From: Gammaproteobacteria bacterium
GTDB lineage: Bacteria > Pseudomonadota > Gammaproteobacteria > Steroidobacterales > JABDKV01
Direction: 5' to 3'
NCBI GenBank assembly: GCA_029862165.1
Contig: JAOTXU010000017.1
Location: forward strand, 2,914 to 66,913
DNA length: 64,000 bases
In this document: in pieces, positions 25,733 through 37,446 of the stretch
Position numbering within the stretch: the stretch's first letter is position 1
Layout of the letters: each line of letters opens with the position of its first letter
The notes under the pieces: model-generated
The model's database searches: none
The model's input: the letters and a program-made list of their open reading frames with translations, nothing else
What the model was told of the DNA's origin: nothing
Translations under genes and position numbers: made by a program

Positions 25733-26704
25733 TCAGGAAGCGCTGGACAATGCCCTTTCGGCCTGCTGATCGGCATGGTATGAGGAGCGGACCAGTGGCC
25801 CACTGGCCACATGGCTGAATCCGAGCTCGTAGCCTATCTGCTCGAGTTCGGCGAACTGGTCCGGGGGGACGAAGCGAATCACCGGATGGTGGTGCCGGCT
25901 GGGCTGCAGGTACTGCCCGATCGTCAGCATGTTCACATCGTGCTCTCGCAGCTCCTTCATTAAATCAATGACTTCCGCGATGTCCTCGCCAAGACCCAGC
26001 ATTACGCCGGATTTTGTCGGGATGCCAGGGTGACGTCTGCCAAACTCCGCCAGCAGGGCCAGCGAATGGCCTAAATCCGACCCCGGACGCACCGGCCGAT
26101 AGAGTCTGGACACAGTCTCAACGTTGTGATTGAACACATCCGGCGGCTCCCGGTCCATGGCAGCGAGGGCCTTGTCCATCCGGCCACGGAAGTCCGGCAC
26201 CAGCACTTCAATCTGGGTATTGGGGCAGGCCGCGCGGACCGCGCCAATGCATTCGGCGAAATGCTGCGCACCGCCGTCGCGCAAATCGTCGCGATCCACC
26301 GAGGTGATAACGACATATTGCAGATTCATGGCCGCTATCGTTCGTGCGAGATTGGCGGGCTCTTCGCGATCCAGCGGCATCGGACGACCATGCGCAACAT
26401 CGCAAAAGGTGCAACGCCGGGTGCAAATATCACCCATGATCATGAACGTCGCCGTGCCCTTGCCAAAACACTCGGCGATGTTTGGGCAAGACGCCTCCTC
26501 ACACACGGTGTAAAGACGGTGTTCCCGAAGAATTTTTTTCAAGCTGGCAACCGCTGGTGTGGCTGGCGACTTGACACGTAACCACGGCGGCTTGCGTTGT
26601 GGTCGTACCGTCGGTTCGATCTTCACGGGAATGCGCGCCATTTTTTCCGCGGCACTCATCTTATGTCCTGGCTCAAGGCGCGGTCGCCGTGTGATATCGC
26701 TCAC
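25733..26704 (-). CDS. lipA: Lipoyl synthase (radical SAM)
   Basis: [13 protein letters not shown] and CTRRCTFC cluster motifs are present. 323 aa, downstream of lipB. Confidence 0.97.
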   Translation of the reverse strand: MSDITRRPRLEPGHKMSAAEKMARIPVKIEPTVRPQRKPPWLRVKSPATPAVASLKKILREHRLYTVCEEASCPNIAECFGKGTATFMIMGDICTRRCTFCDVAHGRPMPLDREEPANLARTIAAMNLQYVVITSVDRDDLRDGGAQHFAECIGAVRAACPNTQIEVLVPDFRGRMDKALAAMDREPPDVFNHNVETVSRLYRPVRPGSDLGHSLALLAEFGRRHPGIPTKSGVMLGLGEDIAEVIDLMKELREHDVNMLTIGQYLQPSRHHHPVIRFVPPDQFAELEQIGYELGFSHVASGPLVRSSYHADQQAERALSSAS

Positions 26705-27378
26705 GATGCGCGTTCCATTATTATCGGGTCAGTTTGGTACTGAATTTCGGGGGGCGCATTGTAGCCCAGATTCATGATTAGCCGCAGTGCTAAATCGTCC
26801 CTGACGGTAGCGAGTTGTTCCGGTCCACCCAAATCGGAGAGCTGGGTGACCTCCATATCTTTAAAGCCACATGGATTGATTCGTTGAAACGGGCTCAAAT
26901 CCATTTTCACGTTGAATGCGAGGCCGTGGTAACTGCAGTTGCGTTTGACTCGCAGGCCGATGCTGGCGACCTTGGCATCGCGTACATAGACACCCGGTGC
27001 GTCGGGTCGGGCAGCCGCCGAGATGTCGTAGCCGCCGAGCGTTTCGATTATTGATCGCTCCAATGCTGTTACCAGATCGCGTACACCTAGGTGCATACGC
27101 TTCAGATCGATCAGTGGATAGGCCACGAGCTGGCCGGGTCCGTGATACGTTACCTGGCCGCCTCGATCGATATTGATTACTGGTATTTCCTGCGGCGCCA
27201 GGACGTGCTCGGCAGCGGCATTCATGCCGAGTGTAAACACCGGTTGGTGTTCGAGAAACCAGATCTCGTCACGCGTATGTTCGTCGCGGGTGCGGTTAAA
27301 TTCCTGCATCTGTCGCCACACAGGCTCATACTCCTGTAACCCGAGGTCGCGCAGCAGCGGGTAGATTGGCGTACTCAT
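26701..27378 (-). CDS. lipB: Octanoyltransferase
   Basis: [24 protein letters not shown] and the active-site PCG are present. The gene overlaps the lipA start. Confidence 0.95.
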   Translation of the reverse strand: MSTPIYPLLRDLGLQEYEPVWRQMQEFNRTRDEHTRDEIWFLEHQPVFTLGMNAAAEHVLAPQEIPVINIDRGGQVTYHGPGQLVAYPLIDLKRMHLGVRDLVTALERSIIETLGGYDISAAARPDAPGVYVRDAKVASIGLRVKRNCSYHGLAFNVKMDLSPFQRINPCGFKDMEVTQLSDLGGPEQLATVRDDLALRLIMNLGYNAPPEIQYQTDPIIMERAS

Positions 27379-27632
27379 AAAACAAACAAGACCAGCTCGC
27401 TGGCTGTGAGCTCATGATACAGCGCGTCGAGTTGCTCGCGGTCGCTTGCCTTTATCGTAAAACTGAGCGCCATATATTTATTGTTACGGCTGGCGCGGAT
27501 TCCTGGAAGTGGCGTGGTCTCAGTATGTCTCGCGATAATCTCCACCACAGTCGCATGAAATTCGTCTGTATGATGACCCATCACTTTGATGGGGAAGTCA
27601 CAGGGAAACTCCAGTAGCGATTCAGTGTTCAC
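27375..27632 (-). CDS. ybeD: YbeD-family protein (DUF493)
   Basis: 85 aa. FPCDFPIKVMG is the typical YbeD N-terminus. The position between dacA/dat and lipB is conserved. Confidence 0.85.
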   Translation of the reverse strand: MNTESLLEFPCDFPIKVMGHHTDEFHATVVEIIARHTETTPLPGIRASRNNKYMALSFTIKASDREQLDALYHELTASELVLFVL

Positions 27633-28516
27633 GCCGCCTGGCCACGCAGTCGGCGCTTATGTTTTTGAAACAACTCATACATGCGGCGAAACAGTGGGCC
27701 GGGGCGACCATCACTCACCGGATTTCCGTCTAGTCGGCATACGGGCAGAAGTTCTCGCAGTGAGCTGCATAGCCAAACTTCTTTCGCCTGAAATAACTGT
27801 GTGCGTGTCAGTTCTGCTGAGCGCGCCGGGAGTTGGTTCTCTGCTGCGAGATCCATAATCAGGTCGCGTGTAGTCCCCGGTAGTATCGCGGTGCCGTTGG
27901 GGGGTGTCATGATGGTATCTTCGATTACGGCGAAGACGCTGCTGGCCGAACCCTCCGTGACGTAGTCACCGTCGCACAGAATTGTTTCAGCAACCCCCTC
28001 GTGCACGGCTTCCTGGCGTAAGAGCACATTAGCCAGTAGTGAAATCGACTTTATATCGCGACGCGCCCAACGCGTGTCGGGGCGGACGATGGCTGCGATG
28101 CCCTTTTTAATCAGATCCGGATTAAGCTCGGGTAGGGGCGTGCACATGGCGTACACCGTGGGCGTGATGTCGGCGGGAAAAGCGTGATCGCGATAGGTCG
28201 GCGCACCGCGTGTCACCTGTATGTAAACCGAAACGTCGCTTACACCGTTTATCGCGATCAGATCTGTGACCATCTGCAACCATCTGGCCTGACCCATCGG
28301 ATCGTCGATGCTTATTGCGTTCAGGCCGGCCAAAAGTCGGTGAATGTGTTTTTTCGGTTGTAATGGTACGCCCCGGTATACCGGAATAATCTCGTAGATT
28401 CCGTCACCGAATAAAAAACCGCGATCCAGCACGGAGATATGCGCGTCGTCAATCTTGCACATGGCACCGTTCAGCCAGACTGTGGGCAATGGCGATTTCG
28501 TGGCTATTCGAACCAC
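27629..28516 (-). CDS. Class IV aminotransferase, probably D-amino-acid (D-alanine) aminotransferase
   Basis: DRGFLFGDGIYE, the fold-type IV PLP motifs and the cell-wall gene context support the call. The start is uncertain because 28516 overlaps the dacA end by 13 nt. Confidence 0.75.
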   Translation of the reverse strand: MVRIATKSPLPTVWLNGAMCKIDDAHISVLDRGFLFGDGIYEIIPVYRGVPLQPKKHIHRLLAGLNAISIDDPMGQARWLQMVTDLIAINGVSDVSVYIQVTRGAPTYRDHAFPADITPTVYAMCTPLPELNPDLIKKGIAAIVRPDTRWARRDIKSISLLANVLLRQEAVHEGVAETILCDGDYVTEGSASSVFAVIEDTIMTPPNGTAILPGTTRDLIMDLAAENQLPARSAELTRTQLFQAKEVWLCSSLRELLPVCRLDGNPVSDGRPGPLFRRMYELFQKHKRRLRGQAA

Positions 28517-29634
28517 AGCATCACCTCATCTATTGCGCGGCGAAAGAGGCTGCCGGTTTCAACTGCTTCCAGTGGATACAGCGGCGCACTCTTGATGAGC
28601 TTGTCGCCAAGGCTGATTTTGATCGTGCCAACTTCATTGTCCGTCGGCAGCGGGGCGAGGATGAGAGATTTGAGATCCATTTCTGCGCGCAGAGACTCAT
28701 ATTGTCCACGTGGAATCGTTACGAAAATCTTGTTCCGAACGCCAAGTTGGGCTTCCCGGCTGCTGCCTTTCCAGACTTTTGCGCTCGTAATCGGTGTGTT
28801 CGCTTCGTAAAGGGCGTGGGTCTCGTAGAAACGAAAGCCGTAGTTTAACAATGCTTGCGTCGCGTCGGCGCGCGTTTTTTCACTTGTTGTGCCCATAACT
28901 ACACTGATCAAACGCGTGCCGTCGCGCAATGCCGAAGCTACGAGACAATAACCGGCAGAATCCGTGAAACCGGTTTTGATGCCGTCAACAGAATCGTCTC
29001 GCCAGAGCAAGGTATTTCGGTTGTGCTGTTTGATGCCGTTGTATGTGAATTCTCGCGTCGCGTACCAACGGTAGAATTCCGGAAACTCATATATTAGCGC
29101 TGCCGCCAACGTGGCAATGTCTCGTGGTGTCGAATAATGTTCCTCTGATGGCAAACCGGTGGAATTCTCATAATGCGTACCGGAAAGCCCCAACCTGTTT
29201 GCATATTGATTCATCAATTCCGCGAAAGTCTCCTCGGAGCCCGCGATATGTTCCGCCAGCGCGATACTCGCGTCATTGCCGGATTGAATGATCATTCCCT
29301 GTAGTAGTTCTTCCACCGAAACCCGCTTACGTTCTTCAATGAACATGCGCGAGCCGACGGCCCTATAGGCGTTGTTACTGACCGTCACCAGTTCATCAAG
29401 GCTGAGATTGCCGTTAGCAATTACGCTAAACGTAATGTATGCCGTCATGATTTTGGTTATGCTCGCCGGTTCGAGGCGTTCGTCCGGATTTTTCCCGGCA
29501 ATCTCCTGACCGCTTTGAAAATCGATTAAGTAGTACGACGAGCCCGGCACCGGGGGTGGGGCTGGTACAGGCACGTCGACTGCCACAGCCGGAGCGGCAA
29601 ACAAAAGCATAAGCAACAGAGTTTTCAGTCGCAT
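28504..29634 (-). CDS. dacA: D-alanyl-D-alanine carboxypeptidase (PBP5/6 type)
   Basis: A signal peptide is followed by SxxK (ASITKIMT), SxN (QSGND), KTG (IKTGFT) and the PBP5 C-terminal domain. Confidence 0.9.
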   Translation of the reverse strand: MRLKTLLLMLLFAAPAVAVDVPVPAPPPVPGSSYYLIDFQSGQEIAGKNPDERLEPASITKIMTAYITFSVIANGNLSLDELVTVSNNAYRAVGSRMFIEERKRVSVEELLQGMIIQSGNDASIALAEHIAGSEETFAELMNQYANRLGLSGTHYENSTGLPSEEHYSTPRDIATLAAALIYEFPEFYRWYATREFTYNGIKQHNRNTLLWRDDSVDGIKTGFTDSAGYCLVASALRDGTRLISVVMGTTSEKTRADATQALLNYGFRFYETHALYEANTPITSAKVWKGSSREAQLGVRNKIFVTIPRGQYESLRAEMDLKSLILAPLPTDNEVGTIKISLGDKLIKSAPLYPLEAVETGSLFRRAIDEVMLWFE

Positions 29635-29668
29635 GGGTCGTCCTGATTTGGGGCGGCCGGAAAGTTAT

Positions 29669-30493
29669 TCACTCGGTGACCAGGTGAGTGTCACTGATCC
29701 CGAGCGAGTCCAATTGGGTGATCAGCATGTCATAGTCGGCCACACCCGTGACCGGACCTATTTGTACGCGGTACACCGGTATTCCCTCCAGCTCTCCGCC
29801 GCCTATACGCACACCACCAATACCGGCATTGTACAGTGTTGTTTGGATACGCTGCGCATTTGTGAGCTCGCCAAATGCGCCAACCTGCACATAGATACGC
29901 TGAAGCGGATATGTGTTCGGTGTTTCCGGGCCAGCGTCAGGAAGCGGGTTTCCAGCGATCGACGCGGCCACCTCTGTAGTAATCGCCGTCGTGGTCGGCT
30001 TTGCGACCGGCAACGTTTGGGCCTGTCTGGCCATGGTGGCATCGATTACCTCCACCTCAACTAGCGTGGTGCCGTCATCGACCATACCCAACTGCAGAGC
30101 GGCGGCGTATGAGAGGTCTATCAGCCGATTTTTTGCGAATGGGCCGCGGTCATTGACCCGTACAGTGGTGACAGCACCGTTGCGCAGATTGGTAACCCTA
30201 ACCAGCGTAGGCAATGGCAAGGTCTTGTGTGCCGCAGTGAACTGATGCATGTCGTAGCGTTCGCCATTTGCGGTTTGGCGGCCGTGGAATTTCCCCCCGT
30301 ACCATGACGCCACACCTCGTTCGCGATAACCGCCCGCATCGGCTATCGGGTAGTAGGTCTGGCCAAATACTTCGTACGGACTCGTTTTGGCAGATCGTTC
30401 TGAGGGGCTCGGTGCCGGCGTCGGCTCATACGGGGTGCCGACGCAGGCACTTAGAAAACTTACCGCCAGTAGATACTGAAGGTGCCGTTTCAT
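29669..30493 (-). CDS. rlpA: Septal ring lytic transglycosylase RlpA (DPBB domain plus SPOR domain)
   Basis: A lipobox is present (FLSAC). The DPBB core reads ASWYGGKFHGRQTANGERYDM..TAAHKTLPLPT.VRVTNL.NG..V.VRVNDRGPF. The C-terminal SPOR-like segment reads YVQVGAF. Confidence 0.9.
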   Translation of the reverse strand: MKRHLQYLLAVSFLSACVGTPYEPTPAPSPSERSAKTSPYEVFGQTYYPIADAGGYRERGVASWYGGKFHGRQTANGERYDMHQFTAAHKTLPLPTLVRVTNLRNGAVTTVRVNDRGPFAKNRLIDLSYAAALQLGMVDDGTTLVEVEVIDATMARQAQTLPVAKPTTTAITTEVAASIAGNPLPDAGPETPNTYPLQRIYVQVGAFGELTNAQRIQTTLYNAGIGGVRIGGGELEGIPVYRVQIGPVTGVADYDMLITQLDSLGISDTHLVTE

Positions 30494-31461
30494 TTCTGTT
30501 GCACTTTTTCAGAAATCGCTCGACCCAGATCCAGAACTGCCATTGCATACATGGTACTTCGGTTGTATCGCGTAATTACGTAGAAATTCTTGTAGCCTAC
30601 CCAGTATTCCGTGCCATCATTATTTTCCAACGCGAAGACCAGCACGGGCATTTCGTTTGTTGTTTTTTCATCAAGCTGAATATTCGAATTACGTAAGTCG
30701 CTGGCGTTGTGGCGAAGCTCCAGTTTTTCACCAATGAATTCGGCCGCAGTCTCTGCATCGACCGAAATTGACTCTCTTACAGGCTCATTTGGTCGCCATC
30801 CAAATGAATGCAGATAGTAGGCTACGCTACCGATCACATCACGCCAGTCATGCCAAAGATCGATTTTGCCATCGCCACTACCATCGACGGCATAACGACG
30901 GTAGCTGCTGGAGATAAACTGGGCAGCGCCCATTGCGCCCGCATAGGAACCCAATGCTTGGAGCGGGTCGATAGAGTGCTCTCTTGTAAGCAACAGAAAT
31001 TGTTCCAGTTCACCGCGAAAAAAATCACTGCGTGGGGGATATTCGAACGCGAGTGTGCTTAGCGCATCAATGATGCGGAAATTACCGGCACGACTGCCGT
31101 AGTGAGTTTCGATGCCGAGTATGGCGACGATGATTTCTGCCGGGATACCACATTCGCTGGACACCTGTGCGAGGCTCTCGCTGTGCTCTTGCCAGAAAAC
31201 CACTCCATCGTTAATACGCCGGTCGTTGATGAACAATGCCCGGTACTCGTGCCACGGGCGCGTTTTTTCCGCCGGACGGCTGATCGCATTGAGTATTGAT
31301 TGCTTTCGTTCCGCCGCGTCGAGTATTTCCTGCACCCATTGACGATCTAGCCCGTGGCGCTCGACGACTTCTTCAACGAATGAATCGATCTGCGATGCTT
31401 CAAAGGAAAAAGCGGCAGCGGGAAATAATACAAATGTGAGGCAGAGGGTTGCAGTTCTCAC
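30490..31461 (-). CDS. mltB: Lytic murein transglycosylase B family
   Basis: GIETHYG, GAMGAAQFISSSY and the Slt35/MltB-like fold are present. The gene lies between rodA and rlpA, as in many gammaproteobacteria. Confidence 0.85.
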   Translation of the reverse strand: MRTATLCLTFVLFPAAAFSFEASQIDSFVEEVVERHGLDRQWVQEILDAAERKQSILNAISRPAEKTRPWHEYRALFINDRRINDGVVFWQEHSESLAQVSSECGIPAEIIVAILGIETHYGSRAGNFRIIDALSTLAFEYPPRSDFFRGELEQFLLLTREHSIDPLQALGSYAGAMGAAQFISSSYRRYAVDGSGDGKIDLWHDWRDVIGSVAYYLHSFGWRPNEPVRESISVDAETAAEFIGEKLELRHNASDLRNSNIQLDEKTTNEMPVLVFALENNDGTEYWVGYKNFYVITRYNRSTMYAMAVLDLGRAISEKVQQK

Positions 31462-32594
31462 GTGGAAAGCAATTTCCTGTTTGTCTGGATTGACATGAGG
31501 ATACCGAAACCCGCCATCAGGGTCACCATTGAGGTTCCACCATAGCTGACCAGTGGCAGGGGCACGCCCACGACGGGAAGCAGCCCGCTGACCATCCCGG
31601 CATTAACGAACACATAGACAAAGAAGGTGAGGCTGATTGCGCCGGCCAGCAAACGGGAAAACGTGTTTCTTGCCTGTGCTGAAATAAGCAGGCCTCTTGC
31701 AATAATAAACACATAGATACTCAGGAGTACGACCATGCCAATCAGCCCAAATTCCTCCCCGAGCACTGCAAAAATGAAATCGGTTGATCGTTCCGGCAGG
31801 AATTCGAGTTGTGCCTGAGTGCCGTTATTCCAGCCTTTGCCAAAAACGCCGCCCGAGCCGATTGCTATTTTCGATTGAATGATGTGATAGCCGGCACCGA
31901 GTGGGTCTGTTTCCGGATTTAGAAAAGTCAACACACGATTCCTTTGGTAATCCTTCATCAGTGTCCAGAGTACTGGCGCCATCGACAGACCCAGGACGAC
32001 CATAATGGCTATCATCTTGAAACTCATGCCGGCTATCAAAATGACGATAAACCCGGAGGCGGCGATCAGAAGTGCTGTACCCAGATCCGGTTGCATACCT
32101 ACCAGCACCGTCGGCACCAATACCAGCACGGCTACGACGACGAGTGATTTCGGACCGGGTGGCAGTTGTTGCTGATGCAGGTACCAGGCTGCCATCAATG
32201 GGAGGCTGAGTTTCATGATCTCCGATGGCTGAAAGCGAATAAAGCCCAGGTCCAGCCAACGCTGTGCGCCCTTACCAACGTCACCGCCGATCATGACGCC
32301 AAATAGCAATAGCAGAGCGGTGAGGTAAATCCACGGTGCCATCAAGCGCAGGAAATGTGGTGGAATCTGTGCGACGAGGACCAGCGCCAAAACGGAAATT
32401 CCAAACCTCAGGGATTGTTTTAGAACGATACCCAGATCCTGGCCCGATGCGCTGTAAAGAATCAGCATGCCCACAGATGCCACCACGATCAGCGCGAGCA
32501 GCAATGGTCCATCGAGATGCAGGCGACGCAGGGCACGAGCGACAATGCCTAGTGGGCGTTTATCACGGAAGTCCTCACTTTCGGCGAAAATCAT
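31458..32594 (-). CDS. rodA: Peptidoglycan glycosyltransferase RodA (SEDS family)
   Basis: 378-aa polytopic protein with the SEDS motifs RWLDLGF.RFQPSE..K and TDFIFAV..EE.G. It overlaps mrdA. Confidence 0.95.
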   Translation of the reverse strand: MIFAESEDFRDKRPLGIVARALRRLHLDGPLLLALIVVASVGMLILYSASGQDLGIVLKQSLRFGISVLALVLVAQIPPHFLRLMAPWIYLTALLLLFGVMIGGDVGKGAQRWLDLGFIRFQPSEIMKLSLPLMAAWYLHQQQLPPGPKSLVVVAVLVLVPTVLVGMQPDLGTALLIAASGFIVILIAGMSFKMIAIMVVLGLSMAPVLWTLMKDYQRNRVLTFLNPETDPLGAGYHIIQSKIAIGSGGVFGKGWNNGTQAQLEFLPERSTDFIFAVLGEEFGLIGMVVLLSIYVFIIARGLLISAQARNTFSRLLAGAISLTFFVYVFVNAGMVSGLLPVVGVPLPLVSYGGTSMVTLMAGFGILMSIQTNRKLLST

Positions 32595-34492
32595 TGCGAC
32601 TGTGATGTATTACTGGTCGCGATTACAGCCTCATCGCGCCCTGCGAACCAGGCGTCGAAAATAGCACGCGCCGCGGGGGCAGCTGCAGCGGCGCCACTGC
32701 CTGCATTTTCGATGATGACTGCAACTGCTAACTCGGGTTGCTCGAGTGGGGCAAACGCGATAAACATAGCGTGATGTCGCAGCCTCTCTTGTACTTCCTC
32801 GGCGTCGTATTCGTCCTCCTGACCGATAGAAAATATTTGTACCGTGCCGGTTTTGCCTGCCATCCGGTAATCCAGACCCAATCCCGCGCCTATGGCAGTG
32901 CCGTGTTCGCCGTGCACAACATCAACCATCCCGTCAATGATGGTTTTCCAGTATTCCGGGTTTGTTACGGGAACTGGCTCCAGCTCAACAGGCGGGTTCA
33001 TGACCAATTCAGAGGTCATCGGATCACGTATCGCGCTAATCAGCCTCGGCTGGAAACGCTTGCCGCGTGCAGCAAGAATAGAAGTGGCGTGCGCGAGTTG
33101 CAGTGGAGTTGCGAGCATGAAGCCTTGACCGATGCCCGAGATAACGGTTTCACCTGGAAACCATACTTGTTCCGCTCGCTCACTAAATGAACGCCGCTTC
33201 CAGTCACGCGATGGCATCAGCCCCGGTTTCTCGCCCAGTATGTCAATACCCGTGGCATTACCGAATCCGAACAGACTCATAAACTGATGTATGCGATCGA
33301 TGCCGAGCTCAATGGCAAGATCGTAAAAATAGACGTCGCACGATTGCTCGATCGCCGAGATCAGGTTGACTTCACCGTGACCTTCTTTTTTCCAGTCGCG
33401 ATACCGATGATCGTCACCCGGTAGTGTGTAATAACCAGGGCACAGTAGTTCGTCGTACTGATTGCGGATCGAATAGTGCAACGCTGCCAAGGCAAGTATT
33501 GGTTTGATTGTTGATCCGGGTGAATAATGCCCACCCAAAGCGCGGTTAAACAATGGTTCGTCACTGTCGCTTGACAGCTCATTAAACTGACGTCGCGTAA
33601 ACCCTTCACCAAACAGATTCGGATCGTAGGCGGGCGCACTTGCCAGCGCCAGGATGCCGCCGTCGCGGGGATCGATAGCAACGGCCGCACCGCGGTGACC
33701 GTCCAACGCCAGCTCGGCTGCTTTTTGCAAGCGGGTATCGAGCGTAAGAAAAACATCATTACCAGGAGACGGATGTATGCCTTCTATTGTTTGCAGGGAA
33801 CGACCCTGGGCATTCACTACAACTTGTTGATGACCGACTTTGCCATGCAGGCGATCTTCGAAGGCCCGCTCCACGCCGATTTTCCCAATATGCGTGGTGC
33901 CAGAATAGGATTTGCCGTCGATACGGCGCAGATCGCTTTGATCGATGGCGCCGACGTAACCGACGGCGTGTACCGCCAGCGGACCTACCGGGTAGTGGCG
34001 GGCAAGACGTGCACGGATATCTACGCCGGGGAAATGTGGCCGTTGGACGGCAAAACGGGCAACTTCCTCATCGCTCAGTCGATACCGCACAGCAACCGGG
34101 TCAAAGTGCCGGCGTTTTGCGATTTGTTGCATGATGGCTGCGAAATCGTCGTTCTTGAGCAAGCCCTGTGCTACCAGTGCGCGTACGGTTTCTTCTGGGT
34201 CGCCCACTTGCTCCGGAATCAGTTCGAGTTGATATGCAGGGAGGTTTTCTGCAAGCAATACGCCGTTGCGATCAAATATCAGTCCGCGGGTCGGTGGTAC
34301 GGCCTCGATGCGCACGCGGTTGCCATGAGACAGCTCCTGAAAATAGTCGTAATTGACGACCTGGAGGAAAAATAATCGAGCGACAAGAAACAACGTCAGG
34401 ACAAACGTGATGATTCCGGCCAGCAACAAACGACCGGTGAATACTTGCTGCTCCCGCCAGTGATCTTTGAGTAGAATAGTGCGGAGACTCAC
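32591..34492 (-). CDS. mrdA: Penicillin-binding protein 2 (elongasome transpeptidase)
   Basis: 633 aa. An N-terminal TM and the PBP dimerisation domain are followed by SxxK (GSTIKP), SxD-like and KTG (GKTGT) motifs. Confidence 0.95.
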   Translation of the reverse strand: MSLRTILLKDHWREQQVFTGRLLLAGIITFVLTLFLVARLFFLQVVNYDYFQELSHGNRVRIEAVPPTRGLIFDRNGVLLAENLPAYQLELIPEQVGDPEETVRALVAQGLLKNDDFAAIMQQIAKRRHFDPVAVRYRLSDEEVARFAVQRPHFPGVDIRARLARHYPVGPLAVHAVGYVGAIDQSDLRRIDGKSYSGTTHIGKIGVERAFEDRLHGKVGHQQVVVNAQGRSLQTIEGIHPSPGNDVFLTLDTRLQKAAELALDGHRGAAVAIDPRDGGILALASAPAYDPNLFGEGFTRRQFNELSSDSDEPLFNRALGGHYSPGSTIKPILALAALHYSIRNQYDELLCPGYYTLPGDDHRYRDWKKEGHGEVNLISAIEQSCDVYFYDLAIELGIDRIHQFMSLFGFGNATGIDILGEKPGLMPSRDWKRRSFSERAEQVWFPGETVISGIGQGFMLATPLQLAHATSILAARGKRFQPRLISAIRDPMTSELVMNPPVELEPVPVTNPEYWKTIIDGMVDVVHGEHGTAIGAGLGLDYRMAGKTGTVQIFSIGQEDEYDAEEVQERLRHHAMFIAFAPLEQPELAVAVIIENAGSGAAAAAPAARAIFDAWFAGRDEAVIATSNTSQSQ

Positions 34493-34493
34493 C

Positions 34494-34991
34494 TCAAACT
34501 TCTCCCGCCGGCTCGCGTACCAGACGCATCCGATGTAGAACGGTAGTGACCGGTGGCCATACCGCTGTGCTGGCTAACACGCTTAGCCATCTGCGCCAGT
34601 CGCTGCCAGGCTCACCGCTTACACCGTCGACCCAAAAAAGCATGAATTCGTATATGGCGACAAGCATGAACACCGTCGCGGTCTGCTGACCCATCGGGAA
34701 AACGCGGACGCGCAGGTGAAACTGCATGGCGACGAAACCCATAATTGTCAGCGCCAATGCATGCTGTCCGAGCAGTACGCCGCGCAGCGTATCCAGACAG
34801 AGGCCGGTCAGCCAGGCCGTCATTAGACCGATCCGCCTGGGTTCATAGATTAGCCAATAGATCATTACCAGGGCAATCCACGATGGCCGCCACGGTTGTA
34901 ACCATTGCGGCAGTGGTAACACGGTTAGTATCAGCGCACCGACCACGGATACGAGCACTGTCGGCCAGATTCGTGACGATGGCTCGCTCAT
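34494..34991 (-). CDS. mreD: Rod shape-determining protein MreD
   Basis: 165-aa multi-TM protein located directly after mreC. Confidence 0.85.
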   Translation of the reverse strand: MSEPSSRIWPTVLVSVVGALILTVLPLPQWLQPWRPSWIALVMIYWLIYEPRRIGLMTAWLTGLCLDTLRGVLLGQHALALTIMGFVAMQFHLRVRVFPMGQQTATVFMLVAIYEFMLFWVDGVSGEPGSDWRRWLSVLASTAVWPPVTTVLHRMRLVREPAGEV

Positions 34992-35878
34992 CTTTCCGCG
35001 ATTTCCTTGGCTTCGGATGGCGGGCTGCCGACCTCCGTGGTCGACCAGACCAGCAGGACCTCACGATTTCGATTCAGCGCAGCCGCCGGCCGTGCCAGCA
35101 CCGTAGCGAAGGAGCTGGACGGATCGGGAGACACCTGCGTGACCGAGCCTACCGGATAGCCAGGTGGAAAGTTTCCACCCAAACCGGATGAGATCAACAG
35201 ATCACCGATAACGATGTCAGCGTTGTTTGGTAGAAACGGTAGGCTAAGTTTGCCGGCGTCTCCGGTTCCTACAGCGATTGTACGCAGACCATTGCGATTT
35301 ACTTCCACCGGTACGGCATGACTGGCATCACTTATCAGTACCGCTTCTGAACTGACCGGGCTGGCATGTGTAATCTGCCCGACTATTCCATTTGCATCCA
35401 ATAGTGGTTGACCGCGGTAAGCGCCGTGTACGGTACCTTTATTAATCACAATGCGATGTCGTAAAGGGTCAAGATCGACCGCCATGATTTCGCTGACGAG
35501 TACCCGGTCTGCTACTCTCGCTGAAGATTCCATCAAGGCACGTAGCCGCCGGTTTTCAGCCTGTAATGCGTCGAACCGTTGCAGACGCGCAGACGTTTCC
35601 AATTTCTCATTTTGCAGATGGCGGTTCTCAGCCAGCAGTTCACGCCGTTGCGCAATGCTCTCGCCAAGCCAGTGCACGGCGACAAACGGCAGGTCGACTA
35701 CTATGCGGACCGGGTGCAGCATTAGCGACAGAGAGTGTCTGATCGAGTCCAGGTGTCCCGCGCGAAAGTCGAGCATCATGAACACAATTGACACAAAGGC
35801 TAGCAATACACATCGCATCGCAGGCGACGGACCGCCCAGGAAGAGCGGTTTGGATTCAGATTTTCTCAGGTCGATCAC
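34988..35878 (-). CDS. mreC: Rod shape-determining protein MreC
   Basis: It has an N-terminal TM, a coiled coil (ENRHLQNEKLE..LQAENRRLR) and beta-barrel domains (G.VGQI..V, FPPGYPVG). Confidence 0.92.
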   Translation of the reverse strand: MIDLRKSESKPLFLGGPSPAMRCVLLAFVSIVFMMLDFRAGHLDSIRHSLSLMLHPVRIVVDLPFVAVHWLGESIAQRRELLAENRHLQNEKLETSARLQRFDALQAENRRLRALMESSARVADRVLVSEIMAVDLDPLRHRIVINKGTVHGAYRGQPLLDANGIVGQITHASPVSSEAVLISDASHAVPVEVNRNGLRTIAVGTGDAGKLSLPFLPNNADIVIGDLLISSGLGGNFPPGYPVGSVTQVSPDPSSSFATVLARPAAALNRNREVLLVWSTTEVGSPPSEAKEIAER

Positions 35879-35955
35879 GGCTGGCGATTACGGCAGTTTG
35901 CAGCCGATAAAATACACGTGCTGATAGTACACGTTATGCGTTAGGAAGGGATGCT

Positions 35956-37413
<1,458 letters not shown>

Positions 37414-37446
37414 AGCCGTATTGCAGGCTATTTGGTGTAAGTCGCG